Shown: positions 19,976 to 29,045 of the stretch, in pieces
Layout of the letters: each line of letters starts with the position of its first letter
Numbering within the stretch: the stretch's first letter is position 1
NCBI GenBank assembly: GCA_965208125.1
Contig: OZ242320.1
Location: 32,001 to 96,000 of the forward strand
Source of the DNA: Candidatus Latescibacterota bacterium
GTDB taxonomy: Bacteria; Latescibacterota; UBA2968
Reading direction: 5' to 3'
DNA: 64,000 bases
Translations under genes and position numbers: made by a program
Notes under the pieces: model-generated
The model's input: the letters and a program-made list of their open reading frames with translations, nothing else
What the model was told of the DNA's origin: nothing
The model's database searches: none

Positions 19976-20286
19976 CCCTTTTGAAATTGACCTTGTATTG
20001 TTCGAGTGCCTCAAGCGCCTTGTTATCGGGATGGGGTATATATCGCGGGACTTCCCAAAAGACGCGACAGCTTCTACCCTCTGGCCCTGTTTTTGCACCA
20101 GACTTCCCTTCAAGTAGTACAGCCGCGCCAGGGTTTTCTTTATTAATGCCTCGTATTTGAGCGTCTCTGCCCTATCTAACGAGACCTGTTCCCAATGCGA
20201 GCTATTCCCATTCTCTATAAGTATGGCGGCCATAAAAATTGATCATAGGATCTTGATGCGACCGCCAGACCATCCACGCGATTCAT
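19976..20286 (-). pseudogene. Fragmented TPR-like gene remnant
   Basis: An ATG overlapping the GtrA stop gives only 23 codons. Another frame reads LARLYYLKGSLVQKQGQRVEAVASFGKSRDIYP (TPR-like), and a 1-nt shift in the C run continues HPDNKALEALEQY. Confidence 0.45.
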
Positions 20287-20705
20287 TGCGTACCGTCCTC
20301 CTTTTTTTTTGCTCGCCCGTCTGCCACCTCGCGAAACGTCCAGAGGGAATTGATGAAATAGTTGAACAACGTGGCCGGGGCGATCGCGCACCCCTGCAAA
20401 ATGATCGATTGCACCGCAGGAAAAAGGAAGGAAAGCAAGACAAATGTGCCATAACTCAGCATGAGCGTCACCAGCGAAACGAGGTTGTACTTCATCCCCC
20501 GAACGCGCTTTTTTCCCGCCAGTGCGCGATCGCGGAAAGTCCAGTAGTTATTGAGCAAAAAATTTGAGATAATCGACAACTCAATTGCAACTGGCGATGC
20601 CAGCAACTTATGCACACCGAGATTGAGCAGAAGCTGAAACGAACCGAGATTGACAAATACCCCCGATAAACCCGTGAGGGCAAATTTGATAAATGTCCGG
20701 GACAT
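20283..20705 (-). CDS. GtrA family membrane protein
   Basis: FIKFALTGLSGVFVN, SNFLLNNYWTF, NYFINSLWTF. Confidence 0.9.
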   Translation of the reverse strand: MSRTFIKFALTGLSGVFVNLGSFQLLLNLGVHKLLASPVAIELSIISNFLLNNYWTFRDRALAGKKRVRGMKYNLVSLVTLMLSYGTFVLLSFLFPAVQSIILQGCAIAPATLFNYFINSLWTFREVADGRAKKKEDGTQ

Positions 20706-20838
20706 ACATTTTCCGATAAATTGAATTTTCAACTGGTCAAAGTAACAACGCACCTTCGAGAAATCAAGCGCGAAACCCCAAAAATATTCTCTCGCATTTA
20801 ACAGAATGCACAGATAACTTAATACGGTTGGCCCGATA

Positions 20839-21723
20839 GTGAAACGAATCGCTAAAATTTTGCTCCTCTCTATATTGTTGTTTATTGCACTGTGTGTTGT
20901 GCTATCCATCTGGAGGAAACCGATGCCCGATCATCCTTTCATCAAAAAAAACGCGGGTGTTGAAGTGATTGCACACCGGGGGGGATGGCGATTGTGGCCC
21001 GAAAATACGCTATATGCTTTCCAACACGCGGTAGATCTCGGCGTGGATATGCTGGAAATGGATATTCGCAGTACAAAAGACGGCCATATCGTGGTCTTTC
21101 ACGATGAGACCGTGACGCGCACAACCAATGGTAACGCGTGTGTAAATGATCTGACACTTGCAGAATTGAAACAATTAGATGCGGGATACAAATGGTCGGC
21201 TGACAAAGGCGCTACTTTTCCCTTTCGCGGAAAAGGAATAGTAGCGCCAACGCTGGATGAAGTCTTCGCGTCTTTTCCGCACATGCGAATGACCATTGAA
21301 ATCAAACAGAAAGAGCCGGATATTGTCACGGCATTTGGCAACCTGATTCGCCACCACGGGATGCAACACCGCGTGCTGGTCGCGTGTTTTGACACCGGAA
21401 CATTGAAGCGTTTTCGCAAGCAATTTCCCGAAGTTGCGACATCGCCGGGCATGACGGAAGGAATGATTTTCTATGCCCTGTGCTGGTTGCATTTGGGCGC
21501 GATTTATCAGCCCAATGTCGAAGTATTGCAGTTTCCACTAAAAATGGGACCGATAAACGGCAGCCATCCGCGCCTTTTATCTGGAGCGCGCAAAAACAAT
21601 ATACAGGTGCAAATATGGACTGTAGATGACGAATCGAAAATGCGAATGCTGATTGAAAAAGGGGTAGATGGCATCATCACCCGCCGGCCTGACCGCATGT
21701 TAAAAATACTCGGACGAGAATAG
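20839..21723 (+). CDS. Glycerophosphodiester phosphodiesterase
   Basis: IAHRGG, PENT, EMDIRSTKDG, HD, IEIK, WTVDD, GVDGIIT; N-terminal membrane anchor. Confidence 0.93.
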   Translation: MKRIAKILLLSILLFIALCVVLSIWRKPMPDHPFIKKNAGVEVIAHRGGWRLWPENTLYAFQHAVDLGVDMLEMDIRSTKDGHIVVFHDETVTRTTNGNACVNDLTLAELKQLDAGYKWSADKGATFPFRGKGIVAPTLDEVFASFPHMRMTIEIKQKEPDIVTAFGNLIRHHGMQHRVLVACFDTGTLKRFRKQFPEVATSPGMTEGMIFYALCWLHLGAIYQPNVEVLQFPLKMGPINGSHPRLLSGARKNNIQVQIWTVDDESKMRMLIEKGVDGIITRRPDRMLKILGRE

Positions 21724-21748
21724 ACCTTTCACAAACGGAATAAATACT

Positions 21749-23212
21749 ATGTCTGAACAAATCAATTTGCTTTTTATATTAACAGACGACCAGGGATATT
21801 GGGCGATGGGATGTGCGGGCAATTCGGAAATTCGCACACCCAATCTGGATCGATTGGCCACAACGGGATTGCGCTTTGAGAATTTCTTTTGCGCATCGCC
21901 AGTCTGCTCACCGGCTCGAGCTTCCATCTTAACGGGCCGCATTCCATCACAACACGGCGTACAGGATTTCTTGCGGGCGGGCAATTCAAATATCTACGGC
22001 TCAGATGATCGGGCTATCGAATATCTATCCGGGCAAACAGCATATACCGATATCCTATCTGAGCGGGGCTATACCTGTGGTTTAAGTGGCAAATGGCATC
22101 TGGGCTATTCGGAAAAACCGCAGAAAAATTTTGCGTTTTGGGATGTTCACGCAAGTGGCGCAGGACCGTATTACAATGCTCCTATGATTCGCGATGGCAA
22201 AGCGTATCAAACATCGGATTATGTGAGCGATCTAATTACAGATAATGCATTGGATTTTTTGGAAGCCCAAAAGGGTACAGATCAACCATTTTGCTTGAAT
22301 GTCCACTACACAGCGCCTCACGCGCCCTGGGGACGCGAACACCATCCGCCGAAGTTATTCGAAGATTATTATCAAAACTGTCCTTTTGAATCAACACCTG
22401 ACGAACCCATGCATCCCCAGCAGTTGTCAAAGACAGGGTCGTCGGGTTCTCTGGGATTTACGGAAGAAGAGCGCCGAGAAACACTCAGCGGCTATTTTAC
22501 CGCAATGACCGCGATGGACGCCAACGTGGGCAGGTTGCTGGATTGGCTGGAAGCCAATGGGTTGCGAGAAAATACACTCATCGCATTTACAAGCGACAAT
22601 GGAATGAACATGGGACATCACGGGATTTACGGCAAAGGCAATGGGACATTCCCGCCAAATATGTTCGACACCTCGGTGAAAGTCCCCATGCTCTTCTCGC
22701 ATCCAGGTCGCATTCCCGAAGGCGAGGTTATTTCTTCACTGCACAGCCATTACGACATCATGCCGACCTTGCTGGACTATCTCAACGTAGAAAACCCCGA
22801 CTCCAATTCCCTTCCCGGGCGCAGCTTTTCCGCATTGCTCGAAGGACGTGCTTTAAGTGGCGATGACCGGGTGGTTGTATATGACGAATACGGTCCCACG
22901 CGAATGATCCGCACCGTGGAATGGAAATACGTCCATCGCTATCCCTATGGTCCCCATGAACTTTACGACCTGATAAACGACCCGGATGAACGACAAAATC
23001 TGATCGCAGAACAAAAACACCAGCCCATTCGGGAATCGCTACAGGCCGATCTGGATGCGTGGTTTGTGCGCTATGCCGATCCCGAACGAGATGGCTCGCG
23101 CGAAGCCGTGATGGGCAGAGGGCAGTTGGACATTGTTGGACCTGCTGCAAAGGGGCGGAAGCGGTTTGGCGATGATGTCGTTTTTGAGCGCGATAACAAA
23201 CGGAGATCTTGA
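21749..23212 (+). CDS. Sulfatase (Cys-type), close paralogue of 13597-14970
   Basis: LTDDQG, CSPAR, GKWHLG, HYTAPH, GKGNGT, YDEYGPTRMIRT. Confidence 0.95.
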   Translation: MSEQINLLFILTDDQGYWAMGCAGNSEIRTPNLDRLATTGLRFENFFCASPVCSPARASILTGRIPSQHGVQDFLRAGNSNIYGSDDRAIEYLSGQTAYTDILSERGYTCGLSGKWHLGYSEKPQKNFAFWDVHASGAGPYYNAPMIRDGKAYQTSDYVSDLITDNALDFLEAQKGTDQPFCLNVHYTAPHAPWGREHHPPKLFEDYYQNCPFESTPDEPMHPQQLSKTGSSGSLGFTEEERRETLSGYFTAMTAMDANVGRLLDWLEANGLRENTLIAFTSDNGMNMGHHGIYGKGNGTFPPNMFDTSVKVPMLFSHPGRIPEGEVISSLHSHYDIMPTLLDYLNVENPDSNSLPGRSFSALLEGRALSGDDRVVVYDEYGPTRMIRTVEWKYVHRYPYGPHELYDLINDPDERQNLIAEQKHQPIRESLQADLDAWFVRYADPERDGSREAVMGRGQLDIVGPAAKGRKRFGDDVVFERDNKRRS

Positions 23213-23214
23213 CA

Positions 23215-24348
23215 ATGGCCGATCTACTTAATGAACGCATTGTACGCATTGAAAAAGTCATGTTAAAAAGTCCACGACCCCGCTTTGTGGGCGTAAATTC
23301 CAAAGGTGGTCCCATAGGCGATATGGTTACAGATCACGTCGTTCGCATCCATACAGATAGCGAAGCCGTTGGCGTTGGCTGGTCGCGCATAAACCACAAA
23401 CAGGCCGAACAATTCTTGGGAAAACAATTGAATGAACTCTTCGCATTGCCCCACGGATGTTTGGAAGCGGGCGAAAGCATTGACTTACCGCTGTGGGACC
23501 TGGTGGCAAAACTCTCGGATCAGCCATTATACAAACTGCTGGGTGCCCACGGCTCCCGGCAAGTGGAACTCTACGACGGATCGGTTTATATCGACGACCT
23601 CGAAGCGACTGATGACGAAGCAGTGGCTATTTTTCAGGAAGAAGTAAAAACCGGCCAGGAACACGGATTCAAAAATTTTAAAATAAAAATTGGACGCGGG
23701 GCAAAGTGGATGCCGATTATGAAAGGCCTGGAACGGGATGTACTGGTCATTCAAACAATTCGAGAGGCAGCGGGACCAGACGCCAAAATTCTCGTTGATG
23801 CCAACAATGGCACAACGCTGAATATTGCCCAGGAAATTCTCAAACGGTGTGAATCCGCAAGGATCTACTGGTTTGAAGAAGCCTTCCACGAGGAACGGGG
23901 ATTCAACGAACCTTTTAAGGCATTTATTCAAGCATCGGGTTATGATACTTATGTCGCAGATGGCGAATCAGGACCTCCTCCGCCTAATTTTTTTGACATG
24001 GTAGAACGTGGCTGGATTGATATAGTACAACACGATTTCCGCGCCAGAGGATTGACCTGGTGGAAAGCGACAGCGGACATGATCGCGCCCTGGGGAGCGC
24101 AATGTGCCCCGCATTGCTGGGGCAGTATTATTGAGCGATATGCACACGCACATTTTGCCGCTTCGATTCCAAATTTCTGCCTATTAGAAGCAGCCCCGGC
24201 AGATACGCAGGGTGTAGTACTCGACGGTTGGGAATTTCGAGACGGTCACCTCATCGTACCAGATACGCCGGGAACGGGGTTTGACCTCGCGCCTGACACT
24301 ATCGCACGGGGAACACGCGAAGAAGGCGGGTTTTGTATTTCTGTTTAA
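23215..24348 (+). CDS. Mandelate racemase/enolase superfamily protein
   Basis: DLPLWDL, KIKIG, VDAN, WFEE, DGE, PHCWG, PDTPGTG. Confidence 0.88.
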   Translation: MADLLNERIVRIEKVMLKSPRPRFVGVNSKGGPIGDMVTDHVVRIHTDSEAVGVGWSRINHKQAEQFLGKQLNELFALPHGCLEAGESIDLPLWDLVAKLSDQPLYKLLGAHGSRQVELYDGSVYIDDLEATDDEAVAIFQEEVKTGQEHGFKNFKIKIGRGAKWMPIMKGLERDVLVIQTIREAAGPDAKILVDANNGTTLNIAQEILKRCESARIYWFEEAFHEERGFNEPFKAFIQASGYDTYVADGESGPPPPNFFDMVERGWIDIVQHDFRARGLTWWKATADMIAPWGAQCAPHCWGSIIERYAHAHFAASIPNFCLLEAAPADTQGVVLDGWEFRDGHLIVPDTPGTGFDLAPDTIARGTREEGGFCISV

Positions 24349-24361
24349 AAAGGATAAAATC

Positions 24362-25453
24362 GTGAATAACACAGCTACCCCTCAGGACGTCGGTCTGTCT
24401 GCCGATCAACTCGAACGAGCCTTTGGCCTGCTCACAGCCGCTACAGAAGCCGGGCAAATTGGTGCGGCCTCGCTGACAGTTGCGCGGCACGGCAAGGAAG
24501 TCTTCGCCCGGGGATGTGGGCAACAGCACCCTCGCACAGGCCAGCCAATCGATGCGGACTCGATATTTCTCCTCGCCTCAATCACCAAGCCGGTCACGGC
24601 CTGCGCGCTGATGATCCTCGTAGATCGGGGTCTGATCTCACTCAACGACCCGGCCATCGATTATCTACCCGAATACACCGGCGGCGACCGTCCCGCCGTC
24701 AAAGTGCGCCACTTGCTCTCGCACATATCCGGCATGCCCGACATGCTGCCCGAAAATACCAGCTTGCGACAGGCGCATACACCCGTAGCTGGCTTCGTCG
24801 AGCGTGCACTTCAAACACCTCTACTCTACAAGCCAGGGACCGATTTTTGCTACCAGAGCATGGGCATCCTGCTCGCAGCCGAAATTGTCGAACGGGTCAG
24901 TGGACAGCGATTGCGCGACTTCGAGCGTGAGGAAATTTTCGCGCCACTGGGAATGGCCCGAAGCGCATTGGGGATGGGCGATTGGACACTTGAAGATGTG
25001 GTGTGGTGCGGAACGGACGCCGAAGAGGACGAAGAACAACAGAGCTGGGGATGGAATTCCCCGTATTGGCGCGACTTTGGGGCACCGTGGGGCGGCATGC
25101 ACAGCACCGGACGCGATCTGGCGATCCTCTTGCAAACCATGCTCAACGGCGGCACTTATGGCGATCGGCGCATCTTCAGCCGCGCCGCAGTCGCGACAAT
25201 GACACGCGATCAAAACGGGGCTCTCAATGCGCCCTGGGGAATCGGTTGGGGCGTATCCGGAGCGCGGGTGTGGGGCTTTTGGGGCGACCTGGTATCGCAG
25301 CGAACCTTCGGACACACCGGAGCGACCGGCACAGTAGCCTGGGCAGACGCCGAACGTCAACTCAGTTGCGTCGTGCTCACCAATCAGATGGTCGCCGAAG
25401 GAAGCCTTCTGCGACGGGTTTCCAATGCAGTCGCAGCAGCAGTAGAAGAATAG
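24362..25453 (+). CDS. Serine hydrolase, beta-lactamase family (esterase-like)
   Basis: ASITK (SxxK), LLSHISG, FCYQS, FGHTGATG. GTG start. Confidence 0.9.
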   Translation: MNNTATPQDVGLSADQLERAFGLLTAATEAGQIGAASLTVARHGKEVFARGCGQQHPRTGQPIDADSIFLLASITKPVTACALMILVDRGLISLNDPAIDYLPEYTGGDRPAVKVRHLLSHISGMPDMLPENTSLRQAHTPVAGFVERALQTPLLYKPGTDFCYQSMGILLAAEIVERVSGQRLRDFEREEIFAPLGMARSALGMGDWTLEDVVWCGTDAEEDEEQQSWGWNSPYWRDFGAPWGGMHSTGRDLAILLQTMLNGGTYGDRRIFSRAAVATMTRDQNGALNAPWGIGWGVSGARVWGFWGDLVSQRTFGHTGATGTVAWADAERQLSCVVLTNQMVAEGSLLRRVSNAVAAAVEE

Positions 25454-25479
25454 TTTCAGCCATACACTAAGGAGACATT

Positions 25480-27201
25480 ATGAATACCGCAGCAAAAACG
25501 CGACAGACCAGACGCGACCGCGAGCGCATTGCATGGTGGGAAGAAGCGCGATTTGGCATGTTCATTCACTGGGGCGTGTATGCGATTCCCGCGGGCAACT
25601 GGAAAGGCAAAGCCATTGAAGGCATTGGAGAATGGATTATGCGTCGAGCAGAAATTCCCGCCGCGGAATACGAACAACTCGCCTCACAATTTAATCCAAT
25701 AAAATTCGACGCCGATGCGGTTGCCAAACTCGCGCGGGATGCAGGTATGAAATACCTCGTTATCACCGCCAAACACCACGACGGCTTTGCCATGTATGAC
25801 TCCCCGTGCAGCGACTACGACATCGTCGATGCCACGCCTTATGGCAAAGATATTATGGCAGACCTATCCAAAGCCTGCCAAAAATACGGCATTCGCCTCT
25901 GCTTCTACTATTCTCAAGATCAGGACTGGCACGACCCCAACGCCTCTGGAAATAACTGGGATTTTGATCCCGCGACCAAAGACTTCGCCTATTATCTCAA
26001 AAACAAAGCCAAACCCCAGGTGCGCGAATTGCTCACGCAATACGGGCCTATCGGCCTGATATGGTTCGACACCCCCGTCTCTATTTCCCTGGAACAGAGC
26101 CAATCGCTCTCCCGTCTCGTCCACGGCTTGCAACCCGACTGTCTCGTAAGCGGTCGCGTGGGCAATGGCGTGGGGGACTACGGCAGCCTGGGCGACAACC
26201 AGATCCCCACCGGTCGCCTCGAAGGCTACTGGGAAACACCCGCCACCCTCAACGATACCTGGGGCTATAAAACCGATGACCACAACTGGAAAAGCGTAAA
26301 AACACTGCTTCACCTTCTCGTTGAACTCACCAGCAAAGGCGTCAACTACCTGCTCAACATCGGACCGCGCGCCGACGGCAGCGTCCCAATGCCCAGTATC
26401 AATCGCCTTCGCGCCATTGGCGAATGGATGAAAACCAACGGCGAAGCGATCTACGGCACCAAAGCCACGCCATACCCCTATGAATTTCCCTGGGGTGGCA
26501 TCACGCAAAAAGGCAACCACCTCTACTTGCTCTTTACCACATGGCCCGGCGAGGATTTCACCCTCCTGGGCCTGCGCAACCATGTTACAAAAGCGACCTT
26601 ACTCGCCGACAAAAACGCGCACATCGATGTCTCTCAAACCCGCGACAGCGACTGCGATATCTTAACATTGCGCCTGCCCGAATGCCCCGATCCAAATGTC
26701 TCGGTCATCGCCCTCGAACTCGATGGCGCACCCGATGTCGATCAAACCGCTCTCCAGCAAACCGATGGCTCTATCACCATGATCGCCAGCATGGCGAACT
26801 TGCACACGCCCGAATCGGGAACGCAAATCCGCATTGGCGAAAGCGGCATTATCGAAGACTGGTTTGACACATCCAACTGGATCGATTGCTATTTCAAAGT
26901 ATTCAAACCCGGCACCTTTGAAGTCCGCGTTCACACCAGCGCGCTTCGCCGCGCCCGAGAATGGACAGGCGGCCACGAAGTGCGCGTTGACATTGCGGGC
27001 AACACATTCCGAAAAACCATCGCACCCGACGCCTGGAGCGACAGCCCCAAAGCGCAGTATTTCCCCGAAGCCGCGACCATTATCGGCCAGGTCCAACTCG
27101 ACGAACCCGGCCTTTACACCATCGAAGTCCGCGCAGAATCTATCAACGAAAAATCCCAGGCTGGATTGTCTATATCCGCTATTTCCTTGACGCGCCAATA
27201 G
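25480..27201 (+). CDS. Alpha-L-fucosidase (GH29) with C-terminal beta-sandwich domain
   Basis: RFGMFIHWG, AKHHDGF, IWFD, WETPATLNDTWGY, NYLLNIGP; no signal peptide. Confidence 0.93.
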   Translation: MNTAAKTRQTRRDRERIAWWEEARFGMFIHWGVYAIPAGNWKGKAIEGIGEWIMRRAEIPAAEYEQLASQFNPIKFDADAVAKLARDAGMKYLVITAKHHDGFAMYDSPCSDYDIVDATPYGKDIMADLSKACQKYGIRLCFYYSQDQDWHDPNASGNNWDFDPATKDFAYYLKNKAKPQVRELLTQYGPIGLIWFDTPVSISLEQSQSLSRLVHGLQPDCLVSGRVGNGVGDYGSLGDNQIPTGRLEGYWETPATLNDTWGYKTDDHNWKSVKTLLHLLVELTSKGVNYLLNIGPRADGSVPMPSINRLRAIGEWMKTNGEAIYGTKATPYPYEFPWGGITQKGNHLYLLFTTWPGEDFTLLGLRNHVTKATLLADKNAHIDVSQTRDSDCDILTLRLPECPDPNVSVIALELDGAPDVDQTALQQTDGSITMIASMANLHTPESGTQIRIGESGIIEDWFDTSNWIDCYFKVFKPGTFEVRVHTSALRRAREWTGGHEVRVDIAGNTFRKTIAPDAWSDSPKAQYFPEAATIIGQVQLDEPGLYTIEVRAESINEKSQAGLSISAISLTRQ

Positions 27202-27218
27202 ACGAATAGGAGGAAACT

Positions 27219-28235
27219 ATGCCACTGGAAGTATGTGCCCTATCACCCGAAAAGATGGAATTGCGGGAATACGAGATACCAGAAGTTGGAAAAGGACAGA
27301 TGAAAGTACAGAGCCTGTACGCTGCTGCCAAGCACGGAACCGAATTATCGGGCATAAAAGGTGACAGCGCAAAACGCGGACCTTATGATCCGGAACTCCA
27401 GGTATTCCCAAACACGGGCAAAGGACGGTCGTCCCGGACTGGCAATATGTTTATAGGCACTGTAATTGGCGAAGGCGTGGATGGGTTCGCAGAAGGCGAC
27501 GTGGTACTGAGCTACGGGCCATTTCGAGAAGTTCATGTCATCTCGACAGAACGGTGCTGGAAAGTACCAGAGGGGTTTTCGTGGAAGTCTGCGGTCTGTT
27601 TGGACCCGGCGGATTTTGCCATGTGTGCGATCAGGGATGGACAGGTGAGAGTCGGAGACGCAGTAGCCGTATTTGGGATGGGAGCCATCGGACTGATGGT
27701 CGTACAAATCGCCAAACTATCCGGGGCATACCCAATCATCGCGGTCGATCCATTGGAAAACCGCCAAAAAGTGGCTCAAATCTGCGGCGCCGACCTGATC
27801 CTCGACCCCACAACCTGTGATGCAGGCGTAGAAATCAAAAAAGCAACCGAAAACCGGGGGGTAGATGTAGCGATTGACTACAGCGCCAATGTACACGCCC
27901 TGCAAGCAGCCATACGCGGCGTGGCATTTGGCGGCAATGTAGTGGCTGGCGCTGCGCCAGCACCCTATGGTCCCGGGCTGGATCTTGGCGCAGAAGCGCA
28001 TTACAACCGCCCCAATCTCATCTTTTCGCGGTCCTGCAGCGACCCCAACCGGGAATATCCCCGATGGGACGAAAAACGCGTTTACGCCACCTGCTGGCGA
28101 CTGCTCACCGAGGGAAAACTGACGGGCGAATCCATTGTAACGCCCGTAGTAGCTTTTGAAGACCTGGTCGCAGAATATCCAAAAATCACCAGCAACCCCG
28201 AGCAAAATATCAAATTGGGGGCTTATTTTAAATAG
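27219..28235 (+). CDS. Zinc-binding dehydrogenase, YcjQ-like (D-guloside 3-dehydrogenase family)
   Basis: AKHGTE, SWKSAVCLDPADFA, GMGAIG, EAHYNRPNLIFSRSCSDPNREYPRW resemble E. coli YcjQ as recalled. Confidence 0.8.
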   Translation: MPLEVCALSPEKMELREYEIPEVGKGQMKVQSLYAAAKHGTELSGIKGDSAKRGPYDPELQVFPNTGKGRSSRTGNMFIGTVIGEGVDGFAEGDVVLSYGPFREVHVISTERCWKVPEGFSWKSAVCLDPADFAMCAIRDGQVRVGDAVAVFGMGAIGLMVVQIAKLSGAYPIIAVDPLENRQKVAQICGADLILDPTTCDAGVEIKKATENRGVDVAIDYSANVHALQAAIRGVAFGGNVVAGAAPAPYGPGLDLGAEAHYNRPNLIFSRSCSDPNREYPRWDEKRVYATCWRLLTEGKLTGESIVTPVVAFEDLVAEYPKITSNPEQNIKLGAYFK

Positions 28236-28330
28236 CTCCCAGGCTTTTTTTGCCATCTCATAAGCGGACTTAGAGCAGATATGCTATGCGCTGTTCGAGG
28301 ATTTTGACCAGCCAAGATAGAACCCAATAC

Positions 28331-28361
28331 AAAACAGCCACCCGTGATAGGTGGCTGTTTT
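28331..28361. terminator. Bidirectional intrinsic terminator
   Basis: AAAACAGCCACC-cgtgata-GGTGGCTGTTTT between convergent transcription units. Confidence 0.88.
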
Positions 28362-28385
28362 CTTTATACGTATTTGTGAATTGAA

Positions 28386-28488
28386 CCACTATTCGCCAAC
28401 AGGCCCTGTCGCCCACTGTCCGCGTCTCGTTCTCTGGAATAGCGAAGGTTGTATGCCTTTACCCAAGGCATACTTACCTCGGATCAGC
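28386..28488 (-). ncRNA. Candidate structured RNA with HDV-ribozyme-like scaffold
   Basis: Minus strand GCUGAUCC...hairpin...CGCUA...GGACAGU-GG-G-CGACAG/CUGUUG-GCGAA-UAGUG. The P3/L3 segment is non-canonical. Confidence 0.3.
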
Positions 28489-28524
28489 TAAGTATTAAAG
28501 CCGGTATTCTCATCCGCCATTGGA

Positions 28525-28755
28525 TCAATTTCCGAGCAGACCAATGAATGTCTCCCTATCAATTTCGACATCTTTTCTAATTTTGGACATAAGGCCAACG
28601 CCGATTGTTTCACCGCGATGAATAGGCACGACCGTGCCTCGCCCATCTGGGTGCTTCATAATCACATGGCTCCCCCGTTGTGTCACAACCTCGAAACCGA
28701 CTTTCCTCAGAGATCGGACTACATGGGCACCTGTTACCCTTGGCATTCTGGTCAT
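28525..28755 (-). CDS. hicA: HicA family toxin
   Basis: 76 aa, basic; LRKVGFEVVTQRGSHVIMKH, VVPIH. Confidence 0.92.
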   Translation of the reverse strand: MTRMPRVTGAHVVRSLRKVGFEVVTQRGSHVIMKHPDGRGTVVPIHRGETIGVGLMSKIRKDVEIDRETFIGLLGN

Positions 28756-28964
28756 ACGGATATTCTTTGAACGCCGACCAGTTCAAGTGGACTCTGAGCG
28801 TCTTCACCCTCAACCTCAAGCCAGAGTGCAATCGCCTCCTCCATCCGTTGAAGCAACTGGTCAATTGACTTGCCCTGAGTATGACAACCTGGAAGAGCAG
28901 GAACACTCCCGACGTAATACCCATCTTCATCCTTTTCTATTACAATAGTGTATTCAGTGCTCAT
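28752..28964 (-). CDS. hicB: HicB family antitoxin (short, no DNA-binding domain)
   Basis: YTIVIEKDEDGYYVGSVPALPGCHTQG; ATGA overlap with hicA. Confidence 0.92.
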   Translation of the reverse strand: MSTEYTIVIEKDEDGYYVGSVPALPGCHTQGKSIDQLLQRMEEAIALWLEVEGEDAQSPLELVGVQRISV

Positions 28965-29045
28965 TGCATTCTCCCATATTCAGGACTCCTTCTCGCCTCT
29001 CGCCTTTCCTTCGTGCCCTTTTACATCCTTAGTGGATTTTCTCTC

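Noticed and set aside
28430-28520. tRNA-Sec (selC) near selAB; sequence ends in TCCGCCA
   Set aside because: No UCA anticodon arm, no TTCG T-loop and no acceptor-stem partner could be found.
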